DNA of 64,000 nt from the IMG/VR virus record IMGVR_UViG_3300046798_000124, positions 1 through 64,000 of that record; one strand, written 5' to 3'. The stretch comes from a virus. The notes below the pieces were generated by a model. It made no database searches. It saw only the letters and a program-made list of their open reading frames with translations, and was not told where the DNA came from. Both the position numbers and the translations under genes were made by a program. This document shows, piece after piece, positions 35,974-44,364 of the stretch; positions within the stretch are counted from its first letter, which is position 1; every line of letters starts with the position of its first letter.

Positions 35974-36476
35974 CGATCCTGACGATCAGTCCCTACCAGA
36001 AGCCACCCTACACCCACGCCACGAACACCGGACGGCTGTTCCGCAGTCTGGGGGATGCCGAGGCGTACGTCGCGGGACGGGACGCCTACTGGGCGGTGTT
36101 TGCCTCCATCCCCACGGATCAGGTCGGCAACTGGCAGGTACCGTTCCCGATGTCCAGGCAGCAGTACGAGGACTGGGCTGAGCGGGTCGGCGTCGACGCC
36201 TGGGCCGACACCGTGATCCGCCAGAACGCCTACGCCTGCCAGTACTACGAACCCCAGACATTGACGCGTGAGACGGGCCTCCAGACGCTCAGGCTGCGAC
36301 TCGCCAACCGCCGGCTGGCCCAGCTTGAATGGGATGACCGGCAGCGCCCCGTGGTCTTGCCGATGGAGGTGCTCCAGACCTGTGCGGCGTGTGGCACCAC
36401 GCACCCTCCGCGCATGCTGCTGACCTCGCCAGTCGGAGTCGTATGCCCGGATTGTTATGACGAGGTGGAAGGATGA
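35970..36476 (+). CDS. hypothetical protein with C-terminal Zn finger
   Basis: ATGA coupling; CAACG..CPDCYD. Confidence 0.6.
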   Translation: MTILTISPYQKPPYTHATNTGRLFRSLGDAEAYVAGRDAYWAVFASIPTDQVGNWQVPFPMSRQQYEDWAERVGVDAWADTVIRQNAYACQYYEPQTLTRETGLQTLRLRLANRRLAQLEWDDRQRPVVLPMEVLQTCAACGTTHPPRMLLTSPVGVVCPDCYDEVEG

Positions 36477-36700
36477 CCCGCACCATCAATCGCTGCGAGT
36501 ACGTGACCCGACGCGCCGGCCAGTCCGTCACCGGCCAGTCCATCCCCCTGGACGGCCACGGCGATATGACGCAGATCTGCGGTCGGTTCGGCAGCCCTGT
36601 ACCGCACACGTTCCACGTCAAGCGGCCGGGCACCACGAGCGTCTACGACCCACGGGAAGGCACGGTCATTCGGTGTGCTGAGCACGCCGACACTGCGTGA
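36473..36700 (+). CDS. small hypothetical protein
   Basis: ATGA coupling. Confidence 0.55.
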   Translation: MTRTINRCEYVTRRAGQSVTGQSIPLDGHGDMTQICGRFGSPVPHTFHVKRPGTTSVYDPREGTVIRCAEHADTA

Positions 36701-36743
36701 GCTACTCAGCCTTCAATCCGCTACTTTCGAGAGGAGCACCTCA

Positions 36744-37310
36744 ATGACCGTACGAGATTGGCGAGCTGCGGAGTCGATCGTTACCCTGCCGATGGTCCCG
36801 ATGCAGTTCGCCAACTTACTCCCGCATCAAGAGGGCCTGTACATCGCGGTGATCGGTCACTGCTATGTGGGGTACGTGGGCATGTCCTGGACCTCGATCC
36901 TTTGGCGTTGGTATCAGCACCGTGCGATGCGTGGTACGGCCGGGAAGGCGGCTGCCCTGATCGAACTGGCGCATCGTTTCAGGCTCGATGGCATACAGAC
37001 ACCGGTCCTGATCCACTATCTGGTCGATGCGTGGGAGCACAAGAAGGATCTCCTCGCTGATGAGCGGAGCATCCGGGACATCTGGAATCCGCCGCTCAAC
37101 GCGCCGCGCTATGGCAAGGATGGGTCGCCGTGGTTGATCCGAGAGCATTGGGTGGCGCCACCAGAAGAAGGGGTCTACCGACCCAACATCGGATGGGACT
37201 ATGTGACAGCTGAGCATGGTCCAACATACTGGACACCGCCCGAGACAGCGTTGACGAGCACGGTTGGGATGTCCCTCATGCCTCCTGGCACGACAGCTTC
37301 GAGTGTCTGA
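36744..37310 (+). CDS. GIY-YIG-like endonuclease
   Basis: GLY...YVG.S...RWYQH...E...NPPLN. Confidence 0.65.
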   Translation: MTVRDWRAAESIVTLPMVPMQFANLLPHQEGLYIAVIGHCYVGYVGMSWTSILWRWYQHRAMRGTAGKAAALIELAHRFRLDGIQTPVLIHYLVDAWEHKKDLLADERSIRDIWNPPLNAPRYGKDGSPWLIREHWVAPPEEGVYRPNIGWDYVTAEHGPTYWTPPETALTSTVGMSLMPPGTTASSV

Positions 37311-37346
37311 CCTCGTCAGCCTTATGACGGCCACTCAGGAGAAACG

Positions 37347-37523
37347 ATGCCAGGGACAGGTGGCGGCGACCCGCTTCCGAGGCGGATTCGTTGCGGCTGG
37401 TGTAACGACTACGAGACGCCAGTCATGCGGTCGCACGTGGCTGCCCTGGCTCGATTGGAGAGTCACGTCAAGGAGTCGCATCCAGTCAGATACGAAGCGG
37501 CGATCAAACGGTCTGCCGAGTGA
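37347..37523 (+). CDS. 58-aa C2H2-type Zn-finger protein
   Basis: Manual translation: CGWC...LESHVKESH; AGGAG RBS. Confidence 0.6.
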   Translation: MPGTGGGDPLPRRIRCGWCNDYETPVMRSHVAALARLESHVKESHPVRYEAAIKRSAE

Positions 37524-37563
37524 CGACGATAAGCACGATTTCGTCGGGCGTACAGGAGGGACC

Positions 37564-37827
37564 GTGCCAAGAACTACGGCCGATGTCGAGGCTGAGTTAC
37601 TGCAAGACTACTACGGCGATCTACCCTGGCTCGACCTTCCGCCCACGTCGGGCTGGTACTGGTTCCGGGTCGTGCCATCGGTAGCGATCCACGGTCCAAC
37701 CCGCGTACGCCTAATCGGAGGGCGCCTCGTCGGTCAGGTCCACGACGGCGGGAACGGCGAGAAGCCGGTGGAACACTTTCAGCGGCAGTGGGCTGGACCG
37801 CTGGCCCGGCCCGTCCCCGCTGAGTGA
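37564..37827 (+). CDS. hypothetical protein (P..SGWYW...WAGPL motif)
   Basis: AGGAGG RBS. Confidence 0.6.
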   Translation: MPRTTADVEAELLQDYYGDLPWLDLPPTSGWYWFRVVPSVAIHGPTRVRLIGGRLVGQVHDGGNGEKPVEHFQRQWAGPLARPVPAE

Positions 37828-37872
37828 CTGACCTATCGAGTTTTTCGTTCGACACACTCCGGAGGACTGCTC

Positions 37873-37992
37873 ATGTTCATCGCTGGAAACACCCACCCGC
37901 TGGTGCTCTTGATCGCCTACCTCGTCTTCGCGGTGCTCTGGATTCACCGGTGGCGGCAGGCCAGGCGCGACGGGCGCTGGCTGCTGATCTGA
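37873..37992 (+). CDS. 39-aa membrane peptide
   Basis: GGAGG RBS; MFIAGNTHPLVLLIAYLVFAVLWIHRWRQARR. Confidence 0.55.
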   Translation: MFIAGNTHPLVLLIAYLVFAVLWIHRWRQARRDGRWLLI

Positions 37993-38039
37993 GTGGCCGA
38001 TCTCTCTACTCTGTGCATACCTACGCCCTGGAGGGGATC

Positions 38040-38240
38040 ATGACGACCCGAGGCCGGCTCTACCACCGCGCGTTCCGCTGCGGCGACTGCTGCGCGCTGC
38101 AAGTCGGTGAGAGCGACCTGTGCGCCGGAGCGTACGAGGGGATCTGTCACAAGGTCTGGTTCGAGACCTACGGGACGAAGCCGTGGGAGGATGACCGATC
38201 CTGGGAGTTGACCCAGGATCTCAGCAACACGCCATTCTGA
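38040..38240 (+). CDS. small Cys-rich protein
   Basis: GGAGG RBS. Confidence 0.55.
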   Translation: MTTRGRLYHRAFRCGDCCALQVGESDLCAGAYEGICHKVWFETYGTKPWEDDRSWELTQDLSNTPF

Positions 38241-38286
38241 GTGACCGACCTACGCAGATTTTCGTCTGGCCTGCACTGGAGGCGTC

Positions 38287-38511
38287 TTGGAGAGGATCAG
38301 AGACCAACTGTTCGGTAGCATGCGGCTCGCTGTCGAAGCCGGACACACCTCTGGTCGAGCAGTCGCCCAGAACGGCGACGAGTGGGTCTGTGTCTCCTGG
38401 TCGCCGTTGCCGTCCGGTCAGACGGCCGTCTCGATAGCCATCGGCATTTCCGAATACCGTGCGCGGATGCTCGCTGACCAGCGTCTTGCGGCTGAGGTTG
38501 CGAAGCACTGA
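38287..38511 (+). CDS. small hypothetical protein
   Basis: GGAGG RBS with TTG start. Confidence 0.5.
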   Translation: MERIRDQLFGSMRLAVEAGHTSGRAVAQNGDEWVCVSWSPLPSGQTAVSIAIGISEYRARMLADQRLAAEVAKH

Positions 38512-38553
38512 GAGCCGACCTATGCAGCTTTTTCTTCCCCGCAAGGAGGTCAC

Positions 38554-38706
38554 ATGAGGCCAGACGCACCGTTTTGCTCCCGCTGTGAACATGACGAGCG
38601 GCAACATCGCGTCTGGGCTGAGGGCTGCACCGCCATCATCACGATTGACGACAACGACGACGATGTCTACTGCGACTGCGAGCGGCTGTTTCTCGCAGTC
38701 GAGTGA
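38554..38706 (+). CDS. 50-aa Cys-rich protein
   Basis: AAGGAGGT RBS; CSRCEH...C...CDC. Confidence 0.6.
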   Translation: MRPDAPFCSRCEHDERQHRVWAEGCTAIITIDDNDDDVYCDCERLFLAVE

Positions 38707-38774
38707 CGGAGATATCTAGCCTTTTTGGCCCCACCCGGCGACTTCACCGCCGGCCACCACCGAGAGGAGACCCC

Positions 38775-39083
38775 ATGGACCCTGAGCTTCACGCCCGACT
38801 CACCCGGAGCGGCATCGACCCGGATCTGGCCCGTCTCTGCCGCCGCTGTCGGCACCCACGCCGCATCACCGGCTACGAGCAGGGGCGGCTCTCCTGGGTC
38901 TGCCAGACCCCATCCTGCCTCGCCGTCGGCTCGCCCCACCTCGTCTCCAGCATCACGATCCAGGCGACGTGCGCCCCCTGTGGCGACCCCGGTGAGCACC
39001 GCCTGGCCGAACTGTCGAACGGCGAGATGGTCGCCACCTGCCACGGCTGTCACACCGTGACGATCATGTCCCCCCTACCCTGA
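38775..39083 (+). CDS. multi-Zn-ribbon protein
   Basis: GAGGAG RBS; four Cys pairs. Confidence 0.6.
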   Translation: MDPELHARLTRSGIDPDLARLCRRCRHPRRITGYEQGRLSWVCQTPSCLAVGSPHLVSSITIQATCAPCGDPGEHRLAELSNGEMVATCHGCHTVTIMSPLP

Positions 39084-39228
39084 CATCTGTGTCAGGTCGG
39101 ATGGGTCGAGGCGTGGGGGTCGGGACGCCGAGGGCAGGGACCAGGCGGCGGCGATCCCCACGTCACCGACCACAAGGACAGCCAGGGAATCCGGGATTTT
39201 CGGAATGCCCTGACCGAATTTTCCGCGC
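39078..39228 (+). repeat. dispersed intergenic element, copy 4
   Basis: TGACATCTGTGTCAGG...CAAGGACAGCCAGGGAATCCGGGATTTTC. Confidence 0.75.
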
Positions 39229-39259
39229 ACCGCATCACCACCCGAAAGGAGCTCAGGCT

Positions 39260-39766
39260 GTGGTGTCCATCGCCAGAGACCCTGACGAATCGGCCGACGC
39301 GTTCCTGCTGCGCTACCTCACCACCGTCACCGAAGAGATGGTCGTGACCCAGCTGCCCACGCTGTCATACGCCTGCTACGAGCATCTTGTCCTGACGCTG
39401 GGGCGGCCCTACACGGCCCAGCCGCTGTCACCCCTCGCCACCTACGGCGAGCCGAAGAAGTGCTACGCCAACACCCTCCAGTTGGTCCGTGAACTGCCCA
39501 CGATCCAGTACGTCGAAGGCTTCGCCTACCACGCCGGAACCGGTATCGCCTACCTCCACGCCTGGGGCGCGGACACCCTCGGCCTGGTCTGGGACCGGAC
39601 CTGGGAGGACACGGCCGGGTGTGCGTACTACGGGATCCCCTTCCCTCGAGCCGACCTCGAGCGGTTCGACGCCCTCGGTCCTGACTACCTCGGGATCATC
39701 GAGAGTCACTACCTGCTCGGCTCACCCCTGATGAAGACCGGCCGACTCTTCCCACCCGGTGCGTGA
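39260..39766 (+). CDS. papain/transglutaminase-like fold protein
   Basis: CYAN...YVEG...HAW...D.TW, a Cys-His-Asp pattern. Confidence 0.6.
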   Translation: MVSIARDPDESADAFLLRYLTTVTEEMVVTQLPTLSYACYEHLVLTLGRPYTAQPLSPLATYGEPKKCYANTLQLVRELPTIQYVEGFAYHAGTGIAYLHAWGADTLGLVWDRTWEDTAGCAYYGIPFPRADLERFDALGPDYLGIIESHYLLGSPLMKTGRLFPPGA

Positions 39767-39808
39767 CACCAGCGTGTCACGCCGCCGACCGCGCCCAAGG
39801 AGGCTCCC

Positions 39809-40180
39809 ATGTCCCGTCCCAGCCACCCGTCACTCCCCACGTTCGCTCCCGAGATCGTGCTCCTCGACCGCCCCAGTGTGATCCTGAGGATCAGTCTGGC
39901 GCTCCGTGCGCGGAGTGGCCGACCCTGGCGCGTCGTCGGCGGCCAGGTCGGCTCAGACTACGGACGCCTCGTCGTGAGCGCCCCAGCTGGCCGACGCACG
40001 ACCGATGGCACGATGACCGACGAGGATCGTGTCGAGCTTGCCCACCTGCTCGCCATCCCGGAGCCGCTCGACCCGACCGGCTACGTGATCCCCGACAGCT
40101 ACGACCACTACCGCGCCGCCATCGACCGCGCCGAAGGTCGGCCACCACGCGTCGTCCCCCAGGAGCACCCGTGGGACTGA
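39809..40180 (+). CDS. hypothetical protein
   Basis: AAGGAGG RBS. Confidence 0.6.
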   Translation: MSRPSHPSLPTFAPEIVLLDRPSVILRISLALRARSGRPWRVVGGQVGSDYGRLVVSAPAGRRTTDGTMTDEDRVELAHLLAIPEPLDPTGYVIPDSYDHYRAAIDRAEGRPPRVVPQEHPWD

Positions 40181-40287
40181 CACCGAGGTGTTGAGACTCT
40201 TCATCAAACCCGTTGAACTCCGGTATCCTGGTACGGGGCACCTGGGCGCGAGGAGTACCCACTGCCCCAAGAACGAGCAGGGAGCGC

Positions 40288-41004
40288 GTGGTGCAGGCGT
40301 TGAACGAACGACACGGTGTGACCATGATCGACACAGCTGACCTGTCCGAGCGGGAGCGGGCACTGCTGACGCCGGCGGTGATTGCCCGCTGGACGGACGG
40401 GCTGGCCCCCGACGACGAGATCGACCCGACCGAGATCGTCGGCCTGGAGAAGCGGCGCCTCCAGGCGCTCCAGACGCTCCGGAAGGGCGCAGACCTCTCG
40501 GACCAGGAGTGGAAGCTGCTGCGCTTCCTCCAGCGCAACGAGGGGCGGACCTGTACCTACTTGCAGATCGCGCGGCACCTCTGGCAGACGCCATCCCACC
40601 GCGTCACCGCCCAGAGCCTGATCAGTATCAATGCCAGCCGACAGGGCCTCGGCGGGGTCGTCACCACCATCCACGTCCTGGTTCACGGCATCCGCTACAA
40701 GCTCGAGATCGACCCATTACGCCCACAGCACCTGTGCAATATCCGAGGCGTTGGGTATCGCTTTTACTCGCTGCCGCCATCGCTCAACGATGGCGAGAAC
40801 TACGAGCGGAGGGCCACCGAGTCCGCGGTCCTGCGCGAGCAGCTGTACCAGCAGCTGGGCCTGCTGGAGGGTGACTACGTGGCCGTCGAAGACCGCACCG
40901 GCACGCCCTACGAGACCCGTATTCGGCCCGGGCCAGAGCACCCGGATCACCCTGTCGCCATCGACGCCGACGTGATGACCGCTGCGTCCGAGCGACGGCC
41001 ATGA
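40288..41004 (+). CDS. OmpR/KdpE-type winged-helix regulator lacking a receiver domain
   Basis: LSDQEWKLLRFL...IRYKLEIDPLRPQHLCNIRGVGYRF. Confidence 0.8.
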   Translation: MVQALNERHGVTMIDTADLSERERALLTPAVIARWTDGLAPDDEIDPTEIVGLEKRRLQALQTLRKGADLSDQEWKLLRFLQRNEGRTCTYLQIARHLWQTPSHRVTAQSLISINASRQGLGGVVTTIHVLVHGIRYKLEIDPLRPQHLCNIRGVGYRFYSLPPSLNDGENYERRATESAVLREQLYQQLGLLEGDYVAVEDRTGTPYETRIRPGPEHPDHPVAIDADVMTAASERRP

Positions 41005-41210
41005 ACGACGACAGGCTGGATCCCGCCCTGCTAGAGCGCCTCAGGTGCTCGACCTGTGGGGACGTGCGTCTGGTCCGTTCCGCCACCGTCGAAGAGGTGG
41101 AGCGTCGGGGTATCCCCACGACGTACGACGCCCTCTTCATCGTCCCGGCGCGGTGCCCTACCTGCGACGGGCCGCCATCACTCCATGAGGAGACACCGTG
41201 CCCGAGTTGA
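41001..41210 (+). CDS. small Zn-ribbon protein
   Basis: CSTCG...CPTCDG. Confidence 0.5.
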   Translation: MNDDRLDPALLERLRCSTCGDVRLVRSATVEEVERRGIPTTYDALFIVPARCPTCDGPPSLHEETPCPS

Positions 41211-41575
41211 CCATCACCGTCAGCGACGACGACCTGGCCCGCCTCTGTGACGCCGGCGCCCAGCTGGGCACGACCGTTGAGCAGTTGGGCGCGGCGTTCA
41301 TCCACCGTGGCCTCATGTACCAGCGCGCTGGTCCGCGCCCCAACACCCAGGCCCAGGCCGCTGCCCGTGCGCTGCGCCAGTTGGAGCTCGCACGGGTGCT
41401 GCGCGCACGGGGCGAGACGCCCATGACCTGGGCAGAGAAGCAGCGGCTGGCCCAGCACTTCGGCGTCACCGAACGGACGCTCTACCGTGATCTCCTGGAG
41501 GTCACACGAGACCTCGGTCTGGTGCCCCCGGACGCCAGACGCACCCGCCCCACCCCGCAGACCCGCACCGCATAA
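41198..41575 (+). CDS. RHH + HTH transcriptional regulator
   Basis: ELTITVSDDDLARL; LAQHFGVTERTLYRDL. Confidence 0.7.
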   Translation: MPELTITVSDDDLARLCDAGAQLGTTVEQLGAAFIHRGLMYQRAGPRPNTQAQAAARALRQLELARVLRARGETPMTWAEKQRLAQHFGVTERTLYRDLLEVTRDLGLVPPDARRTRPTPQTRTA

Positions 41576-41587
41576 CCCACGCAGACG

Positions 41588-41624
41588 ACGGTACTTGACA
41601 TGATCATGTCAAGTACCGTACACT
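41588..41624 (+). promoter_or_regulatory. promoter embedded in a 32-bp perfect palindrome
   Basis: ACGGTACTTGACATGA|TCATGTCAAGTACCGT; TTGACA-18-TACACT. Confidence 0.75.
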
Positions 41625-41699
41625 CTGGTGGACAGGAAAATGGCCGTGCAAGACTTCACCCTTGCACGGCCGATGCGCCACCCGAGAGGAGACCCCGAC

Positions 41700-42407
41700 A
41701 TGGTCGCTCCAGCAGTCTACCAGACCAAGCTCGCGAAGACGGAGGCCACGATCGCGGCCCGCGCCGTTGAGGTATTCGCACAGTACCGCAGCTGGCGATT
41801 CGCCCACCGCAAGGCCGATGGCCACCCGTTCTTCATCATGGACGGCAGTCCGGTCAAGCAGTCGGACGGCACGATGGACCAGCCGGTCTATTACGTCGAC
41901 CTCCACGACTGCACCTGCCCGTCCCACCGTGATGGGCACATGGCCTGCAAGCACATGCGGGCGGTTCGACTCTGGTTCAACGCCGTGAAGGCGGGTGAGA
42001 TCACGATCCCTCGCCGGATGACGGCGAGGGATCGTGACGTGATGGAAGCCGCCCACGCCGAGAACGAGGCGATGGATGTGGCCGAGTCGGCCGACGCCCT
42101 GCTCGACGCCTACCACCGCGAGCAAGCACGGCGCCGTGCAGCGGCGTACGCCGAGCCCGAGCAGGACTGGTGGCAGACCGCCGACGGCGGCATCGTCTGG
42201 CTCCAGCCCGGCGACAGCTACGGCCCGGACACCGAGGGTCTCTCCGAGGTCGGTCAGCCGGCGCCGGCGGCGCCCACGGTACCGACGTCGGTACGCATGG
42301 CTGGCCTCAGTGAGGTCTGGCCCGCCTGTCAGGCTGCTGGATGCACCGACGACACGGAACCCCATGAGCGCTTCTGTCGACGCCACGTCCTTGTCGACGC
42401 ATTCTGA
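41700..42407 (+). CDS. SWIM zinc-finger protein
   Basis: CTCP.......CKHMRAV; GAGGAG RBS. Confidence 0.8.
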   Translation: MVAPAVYQTKLAKTEATIAARAVEVFAQYRSWRFAHRKADGHPFFIMDGSPVKQSDGTMDQPVYYVDLHDCTCPSHRDGHMACKHMRAVRLWFNAVKAGEITIPRRMTARDRDVMEAAHAENEAMDVAESADALLDAYHREQARRRAAAYAEPEQDWWQTADGGIVWLQPGDSYGPDTEGLSEVGQPAPAAPTVPTSVRMAGLSEVWPACQAAGCTDDTEPHERFCRRHVLVDAF

Positions 42408-42424
42408 GAATCCAAGGAGAGCCC

Positions 42425-42778
42425 GTGACCACCATCGCCGGATGTGACCATCACGATCAGACCGGGCTGGTCCCGGACAACCGCAGCCGAGCCCGTATGC
42501 TCGACCAGTTCGCGGCGGCCAGCGCCTTCGGGCGGGCCTTCTTTCAGATGGTGCTGGGCGCCGACCTGGACCTCTCCGTCGTGACGCCCACGGGCGTCCT
42601 GCGTCCACAGCCGACGATCACCATCGAGACCGAGAAGTTCCTGACCGCCTGGACCGCCTACATGGCGTGGCGCGAGCAGGAGCCGAGAGGCGACGATCTG
42701 CTGCCACCCTTTACCCGTGGCAGCGAGATCCGGGTTCCTCCCGACGAGATCGCGGACCCCCCTGAAGGAAGCGACTGA
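42425..42778 (+). CDS. hypothetical protein
   Basis: AAGGAG RBS. Confidence 0.55.
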   Translation: MTTIAGCDHHDQTGLVPDNRSRARMLDQFAAASAFGRAFFQMVLGADLDLSVVTPTGVLRPQPTITIETEKFLTAWTAYMAWREQEPRGDDLLPPFTRGSEIRVPPDEIADPPEGSD

Positions 42779-42834
42779 GAAGGGCGTCTCAGGCGCTGGT
42801 GTGGGGTCAACTGACCTCAAGGGTAGCGAGGGAC

Positions 42835-43494
42835 TCAGGGAGCGTGAAACGGCGGGGGAGCGCGCATGATGTAGACGATCGTCCCGGCCACCTTGACCTG
42901 GTCGGGGCGTAGCGTGCTCCCATCCGATAAGCCGTAACTGTGGTGTCCGCCACGGATGAACCGCCAGGCCGTCAACGTCGCCGCGCCGTGGAGGAGCAGG
43001 ACCAACTGCTCGCTCGTGGCGCGCGCGTCGGGGTCGAACAGGACTTGATCGCCGGGGAGGACGTGCGGCGTCATCCCGCCACCGTCGACGGTGGCCACGT
43101 AGACGCGAGCGCGTCCATCAAGCTGGGAGGCCGCGACGGTCAGGGTCCGTCCGGTCGGCACCAGCACGCCATCCGGGCCGAGCGTGACCTCCGGCGCGAG
43201 TGTCACACCTTCGATACCTAGCAGCGCCGTATCCCGCAGGCCCGGCATCCGGGTCTGCTTCTGGACACTGCCGATCAGGGTTGATTCCGGCACCTCCAGG
43301 GCCGTGCAGATGTCGCGAATGGTCGAGATACGTGGGGACTGGATCCGACCCCGCGTCAGGAGTGAGAGCTGGGAGACCGACACACCGGAGCGTGCCGACA
43401 GCCGGTGCAGTGATACCCCCCTTCTGCGCAGGAGCGTCCGCAGGCGCTGACCTATCGTCGTCTCGTCGTTCGGGGTGTGCGCGAGTGCCTGCAC
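42835..43494 (-). CDS. CI-like repressor (XRE HTH + degenerate S24 domain)
   Basis: IGQRLRTL..LSARSGVSVSQLSLL; GGGMTPHVLPGDQVLFDP. Confidence 0.8.
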   Translation of the reverse strand: MQALAHTPNDETTIGQRLRTLLRRRGVSLHRLSARSGVSVSQLSLLTRGRIQSPRISTIRDICTALEVPESTLIGSVQKQTRMPGLRDTALLGIEGVTLAPEVTLGPDGVLVPTGRTLTVAASQLDGRARVYVATVDGGGMTPHVLPGDQVLFDPDARATSEQLVLLLHGAATLTAWRFIRGGHHSYGLSDGSTLRPDQVKVAGTIVYIMRAPPPFHAP

Positions 43495-43568
43495 GAGTGT
43501 TGAACCTCCTCATCAGCCAGTGTACAAGAGCCGGCGTTGAAATGCATGCTGGGTCTTGTGGTCTGGCT

Positions 43569-43598
43569 GTTGACTTCCGTCAACGAGGCGTGTACCGT
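43569..43598 (+). promoter_or_regulatory. rightward promoter with palindromic operator GTTGAC-N4-GTCAAC
   Basis: TTGACT-17-TACCGT between divergent HTH genes. Confidence 0.7.
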
Positions 43599-43641
43599 TC
43601 CAGAGCACTGCCCTGACATGACCGCCTGGGAGGCCCCACCG

Positions 43642-44001
43642 ATGGCGCTGGACCCTGGCACCTTTCGACGCCGTGAGCGCACCATCGCCGATCCCGTTCC
43701 TGAGCTGACCCTGGTCGAGCAGCTGGAGGCCCAGTCGAAGGCTGAGTCGATCAGCGCCCGTGCGCTGATGCGGGCGATTGGCGTCGACCAGGGGCACTGG
43801 TCGAAGGTCCGACGGGGCCAGGAGCGGTTCGGCGTCCAGAGTTGCACCAAGATCGTCGCCGCCTACCCGGCGATGCGGGCCGCTGCTGCCCGCTACCTGA
43901 CCGCAAGCTACGGCCGGCCCTGTCTGAGCTTGCTCGAAGACGCCAGCCACCTCGTCCAGGCTGGGAGGGACGCCGACCGTCGTCGCACCGCCCACCGCTA
44001 A
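43642..44001 (+). CDS. Cro-like HTH protein
   Basis: SARALMRAIGVDQGHWSKVRRG; divergent from repressor. Confidence 0.7.
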   Translation: MALDPGTFRRRERTIADPVPELTLVEQLEAQSKAESISARALMRAIGVDQGHWSKVRRGQERFGVQSCTKIVAAYPAMRAAAARYLTASYGRPCLSLLEDASHLVQAGRDADRRRTAHR

Positions 44002-44127
44002 CCCCCAGCACACCAACAGCCCGGCCTGGTGGCCGGGCTGTTGGTTGAGGAGATCCGAGCGTGGTGCCGCCGCGCTCCCTGTCATCGTACCGCACCCGTC
44101 GTAGTCCGGGAAGTTGAGGAGGTCGTG

Positions 44128-44364
44128 ATGCAGAGCCAGCGCAACGGTGCCCAGAGGCCAGTCTCGCTCGACACCTTCAAGCTGATGCGCGGCGAACAGC
44201 TGCACCACCGCGAGCGCCAGGACGCCCACGACGACGGGGTGATGCAGGGGTTCTTCCTCGGCCTGTGTGCAGCGGTGCTCGGCTGGTTCGTGATCTCGGG
44301 CCATCTGGTGCGCCTGCTCTACGCCCTCGTCAGATCCATGCTGGCGCTGGACGGTGGAGCGTGA
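44128..44364 (+). CDS. small membrane protein
   Basis: GGAGG RBS; hydrophobic C-terminal half. Confidence 0.55.
   Translation: MQSQRNGAQRPVSLDTFKLMRGEQLHHRERQDAHDDGVMQGFFLGLCAAVLGWFVISGHLVRLLYALVRSMLALDGGA

Larger units (their letters stand above)
37301..38730 (+). repeat. array of conserved intergenic linkers between short gene cassettes
   Basis: GAG(T/A)G-initiated motif at 37301, 37518, 37822, 37991, 38239, 38510, 38701. Confidence 0.7.

Noticed and set aside
36690-38775. CRISPR array or classical integron attC array
   Set aside because: Repeats are degenerate and separated by whole genes; no cas or intI gene, and no RYYYAAC...GTTRRRY inverted structure.
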